The translations under genes were made by a program, and so were the position numbers. 64,000 nucleotides of DNA from Candidatus Xenobia bacterium (lineage in GTDB: Bacteria; Vulcanimicrobiota; Xenobia; Xenobiales; QWHO01). The notes under the pieces were generated by a model. It did not search any database. It had not been told where the DNA came from and was given only the letters and a program-made list of their open reading frames with translations. The stretch's first letter is position 1. Each line of letters begins with the position of its first letter. Of the stretch, positions 38,084 to 48,225 are shown in pieces. The DNA is taken from positions 9,697 through 73,696 of the forward strand of contig BTUM01000037.1 in assembly GCA_045863235.1 (NCBI GenBank), written 5' to 3'.

Positions 38084-41000
38084 TCAGAACCTGGGTAAGG
38101 TCACGCGCACACGCACCGGGGTATCCGGCACCCCTACCTCCACGTGCGGAGGCGGAGGCGGCGGAGGATAGTAGACGGGCGGCGGCGGGTTGTAAGGCGC
38201 TGGAGCCGGCGGCACGTAGCGCGGCGGCGCCGGCGCCGGCCGATAGCCCGAGCTAGGCCGGCTCGGCGGGTAGTAGGGCTCCGGCTCATAGTACTGTCTC
38301 GGAGGCGGAGGAGGGGGTGGAGGCGGGGGGAGCTTGGCGAGCGTGAAGCTCAGATTGCTGGTCTTCCCGGCCACCACGTCCAGGGTTCCTCTGTAATCCT
38401 TGTAGCCCTTCTTGACCATTTTGAGCGAGAGCTTCTTGGGCGGCAGGCCCTTCAGCTCGAGCGGCGTCACTCCGCGCTCTTTCCCTTCCACGAACACCTT
38501 GGCGCCCTTGGGATTGCTGCCCAGCACAACCGCTCCCGAGGCGGGCTCGAGCTTTGCCACCAGCTTGAAGGTCTGGCCGGCCTTCAACTGTACTGTTTCC
38601 TCGTGGGCCTTGAACCCTTGCTGGTGCACTTTGACCTTGTAGTCGCCAGGCTTGAGCTCGAGCGAGCAGGGCGCCACGTGGCGGGCCTTGCCGATCAGCA
38701 CCGTGGCCCCGGGAGGATCGGAGGCGACCTCGATCATGCCCAGGCGGGGCCGCATGAGGTAGATGCCCAGCACCACCAGAGCCGCCAGCACAGTCGCGGC
38801 GCCAATCCAGGGCAGAACCTTGCGAGCTCCGGTCGTGATCACCGTGGTGACCGCCGAGCCCGAAAGCGAGCCGGCCAGATTGGGCATCGGACGGGTAGCG
38901 GCCGGAGCCGCTGCAGGCTTCTCGCGCTCGCGCAGCCCACGCGCGATGGTGCGGAAGCGATCGGCCTCGGCCTGGCTCAAACCGGGATACTCGGCTCTTG
39001 CGCCCAGCTCATGCAGGCGGGCGAAGGCTTCCAGCATGCGGGCCTGCAGCACCCGGTGGTTGGAAGGCACCAGCCCGCGTGCCTCCTGCAGTGCCTCCTG
39101 GGCGCTCTTCCAGCGCTGCTTGTCCACGCTGACCTCGCCCAGTGCCACCAGGGCCAGCCCCAGCGCCTCCAGCGAGCCGGCCCGACGGGCTTCCTGGACA
39201 GCCCGCTCGGCCGCCTCCAGACTATCCTCCCCTGCTCCACCCTGCCGGTGGGCCGAGGATAGCTCGGCCAGCGTCTCGGCCAGCAATTGGCGGCTGGCCG
39301 AAGATTCGGCCAGCCGCGCGGCCTCTTTGAGCGAGTCCACGGCCGGGCCGGACTTGCCACCCTCGAGCTGGAATCGCCCCAGACTGAGCCGTGCCCGCGC
39401 CTGGGCCTCGGCCTCAGCGGTCACGTCGCTGACTTGCACGCTCTCGATGAAGAGTTTCTCGGCCTCGCGAGGCTGGCCCTGAGCCTGGCGCACCCGCCCG
39501 AGCTGGTCCAGGGCTTCCGCCAGGGCGGCGCTCTCACCGCCCGGACGCAAGAGCGCGGTGGCCTGCTCGCAGGCAGCGGCCGCGCCGGTCAGGTCCCCCT
39601 CGGTCTGCAGTTGGGCGGCCAGCCGCAAACGCACCCGGGCCTCGCGCTCCGCGTGGCCCGACTCGGCAGCCAGGGCGGCGGCGTCCTGCAGCCGCTCGCG
39701 GGCCGCCTGACCGCGCCCCTGGGCTTGCAGCGCCTCGGCCTGCAGCTCCAGGGCCTCCACCCGCAGCTCGGCTCGCTCCAGCAAGGGCGCCACCGTGGTG
39801 CTGGCCCGGGCGCCATCGCCCTGGGCCAGGTAGAGCCGACCCAGTTTGAGCCGTTCCTCCAGGGCGACACCGGGGAGGGCCTGCTCGAAGGCCGCGATGG
39901 CCTCGGCCCGGTTCCCCTGGTGGGCCAGCACCGTGGCCAGGCGCAGGTCGAAGCCCGCCTTCTCGGCCGTGCCGGCCTGTTTGCACAGGGTGAAGGCATC
40001 CTCCCATTGCTGGCGGGCGATGCGCAGGTCGACCAGGGCCAGCTGGGCGGCCGGCGAGCTCTCTGATTGCAACTGGCGCTCGGCATCCTCCAGCCGCCCC
40101 ATGGCCATCAGGGTCCGAGAGCGTTCCACCCCAACCGGCTGACCACATGTGGCGGCCGCCTCCCACAGCTCCAGGGCCTCAGCATACAACCCCTGCTCGT
40201 GGGCTGCCCGGGCGCCTTCCAGCAGGAGCGGGGCCGCCTCGTCGTTCTGGCCGGCCAGGGCCAGCTGGCGCCCCCGCTGGCCCGAGTTGCCTCCCAGCTC
40301 TTGCAGGGCCTCGGCTGCGCGGGCGTGCATGCGACGGCGGATGCGATCGGAAAGACTGGCGGCCAGACGCTGGCGCACGCCCTGCGGGCCCACCCGGAAG
40401 CGCTCCTTGCGCCCCTCCTCGAGCAGGCCGCTGTCTTGCAGCAGTTGGGCCGCCTGGTCGCACTTCTCCTCGCTCAGTCCGCTGGCTCGGGCCAGCAGCT
40501 CGAACGCGAAAGGCTCTTCCAGCAGACAGGCGGTGCGCATCAGGGTGCGCGGATCTTCCGGCAGGGACTCGATGGCGGTGAGCAGCGCCTCGTTGAGGTT
40601 GGCCGGCAAACGTGCCGGGTCGACGGCCTCGACGCGCCCGTCGCGGCGCTCGATCAGGTCGCCCGAACGGAGCGTGAAGAGCAGCAGCTTGAGCAGGCGG
40701 GGCGAGCCGCCGGTACGGGGGACGAGCCACTCCTCCAGCGTTCGCCCTGGCTCGGCCTTCAGCTCGAGCCGCGCCAGGGCGGCCAGGTCGGCGTTCGCCA
40801 GGGCCATCATCTCCACCCGGGCGCAACCAGGGCCGTGAGGGAAACCGTAAGCCTGAGCCTGGGTGGCCGAGAGGATCCACCCCGAGCCGGCTGGCGGAGT
40901 GAGCCGTGCCAGGCGCTCGAGGGTATCCTGGGTGAGCGAGTCGAGCCGCTCGAAGTCGTCGGCCAGCAACACGGTTTTGGGGCCCAGGCCGCGCCGCAGG

Positions 41001-42109
41001 GCAGCGGCCAGGCTGGCCGGCTCGGTGGGACGCTCGGCCCGCTGGCCCAGCGAGGTCAGAAGATGGGCGATCGTGTCGCCCGGCCCCAACTCGTGCACGG
41101 TCATCCCCTGGGCGCGCAGATGCACCCCCAGCTCGCGCAAGAGCCGGCTTCGACCCACCTCGGAAGGCGCCAGGAGGAGCACTCCGATGGGCTTGCCCTC
41201 GAGACAGAGGCCAGACAGGCGCTCGAGGTCCTCACCTCGGCCTTGCAGCGAGTGAGCGGCTCCCCCGCCTTTCATGGAGAGCTCGCTCAGGCAGGCCTGC
41301 AGCTCGGCCCGCACCTTGGCGGCCGTGGCGGGACGAAGGTCGGGATTCTTCTCGAGCAAGCGAGCCAGCAGTGAATCCAGCCCGCGTGGCAGGCCGGGCC
41401 GCAGGGAGCTGGCCGGGACGGGCTTTTCCTGCAGGTGGGCCCGCATCATGGCCATCTGGTTGTCGGCAGTGAAGGGATGCCGGCCGGTCACCGCCTCGAA
41501 CAGGGCCACCCCCAGCGCGTAAAGGTCTGCCCGGGGGCCCACCTCGACCGACATCAGCTGTTCGGGCGCAAGATAGGAGCAGGTGCCTACGATGGCGCCG
41601 TTCTGGGTGATCTGGCTGCGTCCCTCGAGTCGCTTGGCCAAACCCAGGTCGGCCAGCTTGGGCACCCCCTCGGGCGAGATCAAAACGTTGGCCGGCTTGA
41701 TGTCACGGTGCACGAGGCCGCGGTTGTGGATATGCTCGAGCCCGTCGCAGACGCCCAGGAACATGGTCAAAATCTCGGTCAGCGGCTTGTTGGCGCGCAA
41801 GAAGTCGGCCAGGCTGCCGCCTCCCACGAACTCCATCTCGATGTACTCTCGGCCTTCGAATTCGCCCAACGAGTAAAAATCGACGATGTTGGGATGGAAA
41901 ACCGCCGCCAGGTCGGAGGCCTCACGGCGGAAGCGCTTGAGGGCGTTCTCGTCGTCGGTGGGAGGCAGGAACTTGATGGCCACCGCCCGCTTGGCGCTGG
42001 TGTCGAAGGCGTGGTACACAACGGCCATGCCGCCCCGGCCCAGCTCGCCCAGGACCTGGTAACGAGGAGGAAGACCCGGAGCTTTATTGTCGTAGATCTC
42101 TGTCAGCAT
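38084..42109 (-). CDS. Ser/Thr kinase + degenerate STAND NTPase + TPR + TM + 2 PEGA + Pro-rich tail
   Basis: HRDIKPAN, DLG, APE; APSEVGRS and LLADDFE; SDPPGA.V and SNPKGAKV. Confidence 0.88.
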   Translation of the reverse strand: MLTEIYDNKAPGLPPRYQVLGELGRGGMAVVYHAFDTSAKRAVAIKFLPPTDDENALKRFRREASDLAAVFHPNIVDFYSLGEFEGREYIEMEFVGGGSLADFLRANKPLTEILTMFLGVCDGLEHIHNRGLVHRDIKPANVLISPEGVPKLADLGLAKRLEGRSQITQNGAIVGTCSYLAPEQLMSVEVGPRADLYALGVALFEAVTGRHPFTADNQMAMMRAHLQEKPVPASSLRPGLPRGLDSLLARLLEKNPDLRPATAAKVRAELQACLSELSMKGGGAAHSLQGRGEDLERLSGLCLEGKPIGVLLLAPSEVGRSRLLRELGVHLRAQGMTVHELGPGDTIAHLLTSLGQRAERPTEPASLAAALRRGLGPKTVLLADDFERLDSLTQDTLERLARLTPPAGSGWILSATQAQAYGFPHGPGCARVEMMALANADLAALARLELKAEPGRTLEEWLVPRTGGSPRLLKLLLFTLRSGDLIERRDGRVEAVDPARLPANLNEALLTAIESLPEDPRTLMRTACLLEEPFAFELLARASGLSEEKCDQAAQLLQDSGLLEEGRKERFRVGPQGVRQRLAASLSDRIRRRMHARAAEALQELGGNSGQRGRQLALAGQNDEAAPLLLEGARAAHEQGLYAEALELWEAAATCGQPVGVERSRTLMAMGRLEDAERQLQSESSPAAQLALVDLRIARQQWEDAFTLCKQAGTAEKAGFDLRLATVLAHQGNRAEAIAAFEQALPGVALEERLKLGRLYLAQGDGARASTTVAPLLERAELRVEALELQAEALQAQGRGQAARERLQDAAALAAESGHAEREARVRLRLAAQLQTEGDLTGAAAACEQATALLRPGGESAALAEALDQLGRVRQAQGQPREAEKLFIESVQVSDVTAEAEAQARARLSLGRFQLEGGKSGPAVDSLKEAARLAESSASRQLLAETLAELSSAHRQGGAGEDSLEAAERAVQEARRAGSLEALGLALVALGEVSVDKQRWKSAQEALQEARGLVPSNHRVLQARMLEAFARLHELGARAEYPGLSQAEADRFRTIARGLREREKPAAAPAATRPMPNLAGSLSGSAVTTVITTGARKVLPWIGAATVLAALVVLGIYLMRPRLGMIEVASDPPGATVLIGKARHVAPCSLELKPGDYKVKVHQQGFKAHEETVQLKAGQTFKLVAKLEPASGAVVLGSNPKGAKVFVEGKERGVTPLELKGLPPKKLSLKMVKKGYKDYRGTLDVVAGKTSNLSFTLAKLPPPPPPPPPPRQYYEPEPYYPPSRPSSGYRPAPAPPRYVPPAPAPYNPPPPVYYPPPPPPPHVEVGVPDTPVRVRVTLPRF

Positions 42110-42170
42110 CCCCGGTCAGACTTCTGTACCCGGGAAGGCATCCCTACGCCTGGAGGGGAAGTGTTTTCCT

Positions 42171-42509
42171 ATGAATCGATGCCCCAAATGTCAGGAGCCT
42201 GTTCTGGACGTAGCGACCACCTGTCGCAAGTGCGGTGAGCCGATCGACGAGAAGACCTTCTTTTTGAGCGAAGACAGCCTGCTTCAGGAGGTACGCGAAG
42301 CCGCCAAGGAGGCCGAGCAGAAAATCGCCCGCCAGCGCAATCGCCGCAAGGTCGCCCACATGGTGCTCGTCATCGGCCTGCTCATCATGGGGGTGGGCGT
42401 CGGGTTCCTGCTGCGCGAGGCCCTGCCGATGTGGGTAGCCCTGGGAGGACTGGCCGTGACGGGGGTCGGGGCCGTTTTGCTGGCCCTGAGCCGGCGCTCT
42501 AAAGACTGA
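42171..42509 (+). CDS. Zinc-ribbon two-TM protein
   Basis: CPKC..CRKCG; two C-terminal TM helices. Confidence 0.8.
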   Translation: MNRCPKCQEPVLDVATTCRKCGEPIDEKTFFLSEDSLLQEVREAAKEAEQKIARQRNRRKVAHMVLVIGLLIMGVGVGFLLREALPMWVALGGLAVTGVGAVLLALSRRSKD

Positions 42510-43335
42510 TTTTGCGCTCTCCCTTTTCCTCTTTGAAGGTCAACCGCAGGGTCGTGCCTCCCAGCACCAGCCGGTCGCCCTGTCGCAACACGGCGCTCTG
42601 GTCGATCAGCCAGGCTTCCCAGTCCAGACCGTCCTGAGAGCGATACACCCTGATCGGGGGCGCCTCGGGATGGCGGAACAGGCCGTATGCCTTATCGGTC
42701 TCGCGCCAGCGCAACACCACGTGGTTGGGCTTGACGCCCGGGTCGCCCAGCTCGACCAACTGGTCGAACTGGCGCGGATTGGGCTCGGCTTGGGTGGGAG
42801 GCGGCTGGACCGAGTTGCGGCCCACGCTGAGAAAGAGACCGGTCAACTCGTGGGCGGTGCCTTGCTCGGGGCCGGCCTCCACTTCGAGGCGGAAGCCGAA
42901 GCCCACCCGCAGCTGCAGAGTTTTGGGCGCGGGCTTGCTGGCCTCGACCGTCGCAGGCGGGGTCGGCACGGACGCGGCTTTGGGAGCCGGCTCGGGAGCC
43001 GTGGCCGGGTCGGCCACCTCGACTTCCAGGCGGATGGGGCCGATCTTGAGCACATCTCCCAGCTTCAAGGGTGACTCGGTGACCGGCTCGCCGTTGAGCC
43101 AGCTCAGATTGGTGCCCGAGCGGTGCAAGTAGACGTAGCACTTCCTGTCGTCGTCCCAGCGCAGATTGCCATGCTGGCGCGACACCGCCGGGTCGCGCAA
43201 GAAGACCCAGCCAGGAGAGTCCTCGTCGTCGGGTCGGGCCCGTCCGATCAGGATGATCGGTGCGCGCAGATGGTAAACGTGGCCCTCACCGGGCCCTTCC
43301 ACGACCTTGAGCTGGAAGCCGGAATGCCATGACAT
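42499..43335 (-). CDS. Tandem FHA protein
   Basis: IGR..VSRQH..GTN..NG; second, degenerate FHA. Confidence 0.85.
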   Translation of the reverse strand: MSWHSGFQLKVVEGPGEGHVYHLRAPIILIGRARPDDEDSPGWVFLRDPAVSRQHGNLRWDDDRKCYVYLHRSGTNLSWLNGEPVTESPLKLGDVLKIGPIRLEVEVADPATAPEPAPKAASVPTPPATVEASKPAPKTLQLRVGFGFRLEVEAGPEQGTAHELTGLFLSVGRNSVQPPPTQAEPNPRQFDQLVELGDPGVKPNHVVLRWRETDKAYGLFRHPEAPPIRVYRSQDGLDWEAWLIDQSAVLRQGDRLVLGGTTLRLTFKEEKGERKISL

Positions 43336-43367
43336 AGCAGGCTGCTACGCGATCGAGCACCCGGTTC

Positions 43368-44528
43368 CTATCGGAACTGGAGCGACTTCCCCTCGATCTC
43401 CTTGCCTGCGTAGCCCGACTTGAGGGTATAGCTCTTGCCGCTCGACTGGTAGACGAACTTGCCGTCTTCGGCCAGGTAGTCGCGGGCCTCACCTGGTAAA
43501 GCAGCTGGATATTTCTTGCTCCGAATGCGCTCGCGCTCGAGCCTGGCCATGACCTGAAGAGCCGACATCTCGGTCAGGGACCGGGCGAACTGGAGCTGTG
43601 CGCGGTCGAAGGCCGGATACAGGGTGGCCACCAGGAAGGCGTGCTCGTTCACGCCCAGGGCCTGCACCTCTCCCCCACCCGCCTCAAAGCTCTTCATCTT
43701 TTCGATCGACTCACGGTCGCGCAGGTAGAGACGCTGGTAGATTCTCCGTTCGCGGGCCACGAAGCCCGGGGTCATGATCAGCAGCTGCTGCACCGAGCTC
43801 GAGGACGAAGGGCCTACCTTGCCGCTGGCGGTAAAGTCGAGAAAGCCGACGTACTCTTCGTCGGCCCGAGCCAACCATACCGCGGGAGTGAGCTTCATCG
43901 CCAGCACGCGCCGCTCGATCTCCTGACACTCCTCATCTTTCAGCTTGCCGCTGCGGAGCAGCTCGAAGAGCGGCTCGGCGGCCGTGCGCTCGAGCCCTAC
44001 CCCGACCATCACGGTCACCACCGAGCCCTGTTGCATCACTTTGCTGGCCAGCTCGAGGTTGAGCAGCGACAGCTTGACCGCCTGCGAGGTCTTCCCCTGG
44101 CTTGCCAGGTGCCTGGCATACTCGGCCAGCGAGCCGACCAGACCGCGCAACATGACAGGATCGGGGCCCGAGTCGAGCCGGTCTCGCTCGACCTTGAAGA
44201 CAAAGTCCGGCTTGGCCAACTCCTTCTCTAGCTCCGGCAGCCCGGCCTCGAAGGCTTTGAAGTCGGCTGGCTTGCGCTTCTTGACGTCGGCCAGGGCGGT
44301 GCAGCGCGCCACCACCTTGGGGTCCTTCAGGTAGAGCGCGCCGTTGGTCGCCGCTTGATCCACCCGCTGGTTGCGCTCGTCGATGGAGGCTGCCGAGCGC
44401 TCGAAGATCTGCTGGGCCAGAGCCGGATCGGCCACTTTGTAGCTCAGGAACCAGAGCTGCAACCCGGCCAAGAGCAACAAGACCAGCACCAGCGGAATGA
44501 ACAGCAAAATCAGGATTCGCTTGGACAC
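43368..44528 (-). CDS. Membrane-anchored hypothetical protein with pseudopilin-like C-terminus
   Basis: GGAGG RBS plus GTG; N-terminal TM; YPAAL..D....FVY....YTL.S.G. Confidence 0.7.
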   Translation of the reverse strand: MSKRILILLFIPLVLVLLLLAGLQLWFLSYKVADPALAQQIFERSAASIDERNQRVDQAATNGALYLKDPKVVARCTALADVKKRKPADFKAFEAGLPELEKELAKPDFVFKVERDRLDSGPDPVMLRGLVGSLAEYARHLASQGKTSQAVKLSLLNLELASKVMQQGSVVTVMVGVGLERTAAEPLFELLRSGKLKDEECQEIERRVLAMKLTPAVWLARADEEYVGFLDFTASGKVGPSSSSSVQQLLIMTPGFVARERRIYQRLYLRDRESIEKMKSFEAGGGEVQALGVNEHAFLVATLYPAFDRAQLQFARSLTEMSALQVMARLERERIRSKKYPAALPGEARDYLAEDGKFVYQSSGKSYTLKSGYAGKEIEGKSLQFR

Positions 44529-44578
44529 GGCAGCACCTCCCGGGTGCTGAAGGATTCTCAAGGGAGGCCGAATTCCCT

Positions 44579-46417
44579 TCAGGCCCCCTGCTCGTAGTCG
44601 GTGGGTCTGGCGGGGGGCAGGGCGGTCCGCAAGGCGTTCAGGACGGCGGCCAGATCGATGACCTCCTGAGTCAGCGCGCCGGCCACCGGAGGCAGATATC
44701 CCAGCGAGGCGGCCAGCATACCCAGGATCGAGAGAGCCATACCTCCGACTGCGCTCTGCAGCGCAACCGCGCGGAGATTGCTGCTGATGTGAAGAAATTC
44801 GTCCACTTTGACCAGGGAGCCATCTAGAATGACGGCGCCGGCTGCCTCCTCGGTGATGTCGGAGGCTTGCCCGATGGCGATTCCCACGGTTGCGGCCATC
44901 AAGGCCGGACCATCATTGATCCCGTCACCCAGGTACACCGTGCGTGCCTTGCTGGTTTCTTCCCGAACGATGGCCAGCTTCTGCTCCGGGCTCTGCCCGG
45001 CGTAGACTTCCGCCACGCCGACTTGCTCGGCCAGGTAGCGCACCTCCTCCTCGCGGTCACCGCTCACAATGAGGCTGCGCTTGATGTGGTGACGCGGACC
45101 CAGATGCTGGACGAACAGCCTGCTCTCATCTCGAGGTTTGTCACGAAAGCGGTAGTGGGCAGCCAGCTTGTCGTCCACCATCACCACGCACTCCAGGCCC
45201 GCTCCCGGGGGTAACTCGGCCTGGAACCTGGCCGCCACCTTCCGGTTGGTCACCTGCAGTTTGTGCCCCTCGATCTCGCCGATCAGACCCTGACCGGGTG
45301 GCTCACTGATCAAGCTGGCCTCGGACAGGGGAAGATTCTCAGCCCTGGCCTGGCCGACGATCGCCCCCGCCAGGGGGTGACGCGAGTACCGCTCGAGGCA
45401 GGCAACCAGGCGCAACACCTCACGAGCCTCGAAACCGTTGAACATCGTCTGATCGGTCAGAGCGGGTTGCCCATAGGTCAGAGTACCGGTCTTGTCCATG
45501 ATCATCGTCTCAACCAGATCGAGTTGCTCCATGACGGCTGGATTGCGCACGATGATCCCGCGCCGGGCCGCTCGCGAGATGGAGCCGATGATGGCGACTG
45601 GAATCGCAATCAAGAGAGGGCAGGGGGTCGCCACTACCAGCACGGCCAGAAACCGGACGGGCTCACCCGACAGGCCCCAACTGGCCAGAGCGATGGCAAC
45701 TGCCAGCGGAGTGTAATAGGCGCCCAGCTGATCGCCCAGGCGCCGAAGCCGGGGACGGCGTTGCTCCGACTCCTTCATCACCTCCATGATGCGGGCGTAG
45801 CGTGAATCCACCGCCCGGTGGGTGGCCTGGATGATCAGCATGAAATCCCCGTTGACGGCGCCCGACAGCACTTTTGAGCCCGGGGTCTTCGGATTGAGGA
45901 ACGGCTCGCCGGTCAGGTAGGCCTCGTCCATCTGGCCGCGGCCCTCAATGACCTCACCGTCTACCGGGCAGATCTCGTGGGGATGCACAGCCAGCAGGTC
46001 GCCGACCTGGATGTCGGCGACCTGGATGTCGCGCAACTCGGTTCCTTCCCGCCGATGGGCGATGGTCGGCATGCGACGAGCCAGCGCGTCGAGTACGGCT
46101 GAAGCGCGTGCCACGGCAAAGCTCTCCAGGGCCTCCCCGCCGCTGAGCATCAAGACCACGATGCTCCCGGCCAGGTATTCCCCCAGGACGACCGAGGTGA
46201 GAATGGAGATCCCGGCCAGGAGGTCGCTGCCGAACTCCCTCCTCATCGCCTTCCCGAGGAGTTCCCAGACCAGGGGAGTCCCTCCCAGCGTCAGGACCAG
46301 CCACAGGGGCACGTTCAGCCAGGGAACAGGGACTTTGGACAACCACATAATGGTGTAGCTGGTCAGGCCCGTCAGGGCCAGACCGGCGATCAGAAGTCCC
46401 GGGTCGATGCGTCTCAA
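44579..46417 (-). CDS. Heavy-metal P1B-type ATPase, probably P1B-5 without hemerythrin
   Basis: LTGE, TPCP, DKTGT, HP, GDGIND, QEVID; TGGTAAGCT 7 nt before TTG. Confidence 0.9.
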   Translation of the reverse strand: MRRIDPGLLIAGLALTGLTSYTIMWLSKVPVPWLNVPLWLVLTLGGTPLVWELLGKAMRREFGSDLLAGISILTSVVLGEYLAGSIVVLMLSGGEALESFAVARASAVLDALARRMPTIAHRREGTELRDIQVADIQVGDLLAVHPHEICPVDGEVIEGRGQMDEAYLTGEPFLNPKTPGSKVLSGAVNGDFMLIIQATHRAVDSRYARIMEVMKESEQRRPRLRRLGDQLGAYYTPLAVAIALASWGLSGEPVRFLAVLVVATPCPLLIAIPVAIIGSISRAARRGIIVRNPAVMEQLDLVETMIMDKTGTLTYGQPALTDQTMFNGFEAREVLRLVACLERYSRHPLAGAIVGQARAENLPLSEASLISEPPGQGLIGEIEGHKLQVTNRKVAARFQAELPPGAGLECVVMVDDKLAAHYRFRDKPRDESRLFVQHLGPRHHIKRSLIVSGDREEEVRYLAEQVGVAEVYAGQSPEQKLAIVREETSKARTVYLGDGINDGPALMAATVGIAIGQASDITEEAAGAVILDGSLVKVDEFLHISSNLRAVALQSAVGGMALSILGMLAASLGYLPPVAGALTQEVIDLAAVLNALRTALPPARPTDYEQGA

Positions 46418-46471
46418 GCGCCTGAGCTTACCACGCCTCAGAAGGGCTCGGAACTGATCCCGGTCAGCCGC

Positions 46472-47620
46472 TTACTGTTTCTTTTTGGACTCGGCCAGAG
46501 CCCGGCCCCAATCTTCCACGATACGCCCGCGAATTTTGGGGGCGCTCTCGTCATAGGGAATCCCGCTGAGTGTCGCGGTTTCCTGGCCGATACGCCTGTG
46601 CAGTTCCTCAGTCAGGGCGGTCACCCCCGCCTTCTGCTCCATAGCCCGGTAGGGGGCGACCTCGATGGGATCGCCGATACGCAGCTGGGCCAGGTCGCGG
46701 TGCATCCAGGCCTGGCCCAGGGCCCAGGTGGAGACGGCACCGCTCAGGCCGGCAAGTCCCGCGATCAGAGCCTGAGAGTCATCCAGAAGCGCGGCCGCAC
46801 CTCCGGCTGCGATGGCTCCCGCCAGGGCCCCTCCGGCTCCGCCCTTGAGGGTGGCAAAGTAGTTGGGGAAGGGATCGTTGGCATTCTCGATGGGCACCAG
46901 TTTGTTCCCGAGCTGGCCTCCGGCCACGGCTCCGGTGAGAGCTCCGCCCAGGGCGGCCACGGCCACCCGGGCTCCCGGTCCGCCCACCGCTCCGGCCACC
47001 AGGCCGGCCACGGCCACGCTGGCGGTGGCCAGGGCGGTGGCCAGCTTCTCGCCCGGATACTCCCGGTCGTTCTTCTTGTAGAAAACCGCGATGGGCACGA
47101 TGTTCTCAGCTCCGCCCTTGATGGCGAAATAGGCCGCGCCCTTCTTGATGGGCAACAGGGTGCCCAGTTCCTCGGTGATGGCCCCCTCGGGGAAGATGCA
47201 GACGCCCTTGCCCTCCTTGAGCAGGTCAATGGCGTGATTCACGGTCGTGGGGCTGGGGTTCTCGCGGTGCACCGGAAAGGCTCCCCCCCAGGTCATCACG
47301 CGTCCCCGCAAGCCGTCAAAGACGTAGACGTTGGCAACATACCGCATGTCTCGATCGCTCAAGAGCGCCACCAGAGGCGGATCAAAAAAGCTGGGGTGGC
47401 CGGAGGCGTAGACCTGGGGCCCGGAGTGGAGCATCTTCTCCTTGTTCTGCACTTCGAGCCGGTAGCGCCCGTTGGACAAAATCACGTTGAGAGGCTTGGT
47501 GAGCCAGTTGTGCTTGCGCGTTGACAGCCCGTCCTCGGGGCCGGTGTAGTCGGGGACGTAGTGTCCGAAACTCCTGGGCTTCTCGGGCACGGCAGCGGCA
47601 TGGGTAGGCAGAATACGCAT
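46472..47620 (-). CDS. PlsC-like acyltransferase with glycine-zipper insertion
   Basis: HPSFFD, FPVHR, FPEG, KKGA, IVP; ATG 47620 is 7 nt after the -10. Confidence 0.85.
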   Translation of the reverse strand: MRILPTHAAAVPEKPRSFGHYVPDYTGPEDGLSTRKHNWLTKPLNVILSNGRYRLEVQNKEKMLHSGPQVYASGHPSFFDPPLVALLSDRDMRYVANVYVFDGLRGRVMTWGGAFPVHRENPSPTTVNHAIDLLKEGKGVCIFPEGAITEELGTLLPIKKGAAYFAIKGGAENIVPIAVFYKKNDREYPGEKLATALATASVAVAGLVAGAVGGPGARVAVAALGGALTGAVAGGQLGNKLVPIENANDPFPNYFATLKGGAGGALAGAIAAGGAAALLDDSQALIAGLAGLSGAVSTWALGQAWMHRDLAQLRIGDPIEVAPYRAMEQKAGVTALTEELHRRIGQETATLSGIPYDESAPKIRGRIVEDWGRALAESKKKQ

Positions 47621-47627
47621 CAGGCCC

Positions 47628-47661
47628 ATGATGGTCGGCGAGCCTTAAGGAATTCTGAAAC
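47628..47661 (-). promoter_or_regulatory. YTTMAG direct-repeat promoter
   Basis: GTTTCAG-AATT-CCTTAAG-N10-CATCAT. Confidence 0.6.
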
Positions 47662-47684
47662 GAAACCCTGGCCTGGCCCGGACC

Positions 47685-47718
47685 GCTTCAGCTTCCTTTC
47701 AGCCTCTCCCTGCACACT
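47685..47718 (+). promoter_or_regulatory. YTTMAG direct-repeat promoter
   Basis: GCTTCAG-CTTC-CTTTCAG-N10-CACACT. Confidence 0.65.
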
Positions 47719-47749
47719 CTGTGAGACAAAAAGAGGGGATACCACCACC

Positions 47750-48199
47750 ATGAGCTTACCAATTCCCAACTGGGCCCAGGGCCCCATCGAATCGTTTCGA
47801 ACCTCCCAGACCCTGCCCGGAGCCATCCGCCAGGAGATTCCCACCGGTCAGGTCTCGGATGTCGACCGGAGCATCCGCACCAACGTGGACGAGGTCATTT
47901 CGGGCGATGAGACGGACATGGATTCGTTCAAGAACCAACCCGGCAAGTTCGGCATGGGTGACTTCCTGACGGCTGAATGGACCGGCGACACCAGCAAGGG
48001 CACCTTCGTGGAGGTCGTCAAGGGCGATCGGGGCAACCAGGCCTTCGTTTACGCCGAGTTCACTCCCACCAGCTCCAGTATGGTCATGCTCTCCAAGGAG
48101 AGAGGCAAGGTGACCGGCACTGCCCGCTTCGCCGACACAGCTCAGCCCGAGCGTAGCTTCGAGCTTGTCAGCGATGAGGACTACAAGCTGGCTCGCTGA
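47750..48199 (+). CDS. Hypothetical beta-rich protein (149 aa)
   Basis: GAGGGG RBS, coding-like codon usage, no recognised motif. Confidence 0.7.
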   Translation: MSLPIPNWAQGPIESFRTSQTLPGAIRQEIPTGQVSDVDRSIRTNVDEVISGDETDMDSFKNQPGKFGMGDFLTAEWTGDTSKGTFVEVVKGDRGNQAFVYAEFTPTSSSMVMLSKERGKVTGTARFADTAQPERSFELVSDEDYKLAR

Positions 48200-48225
48200 G
48201 GCCCAAAGAGCGTAGCGTTTTCGAT

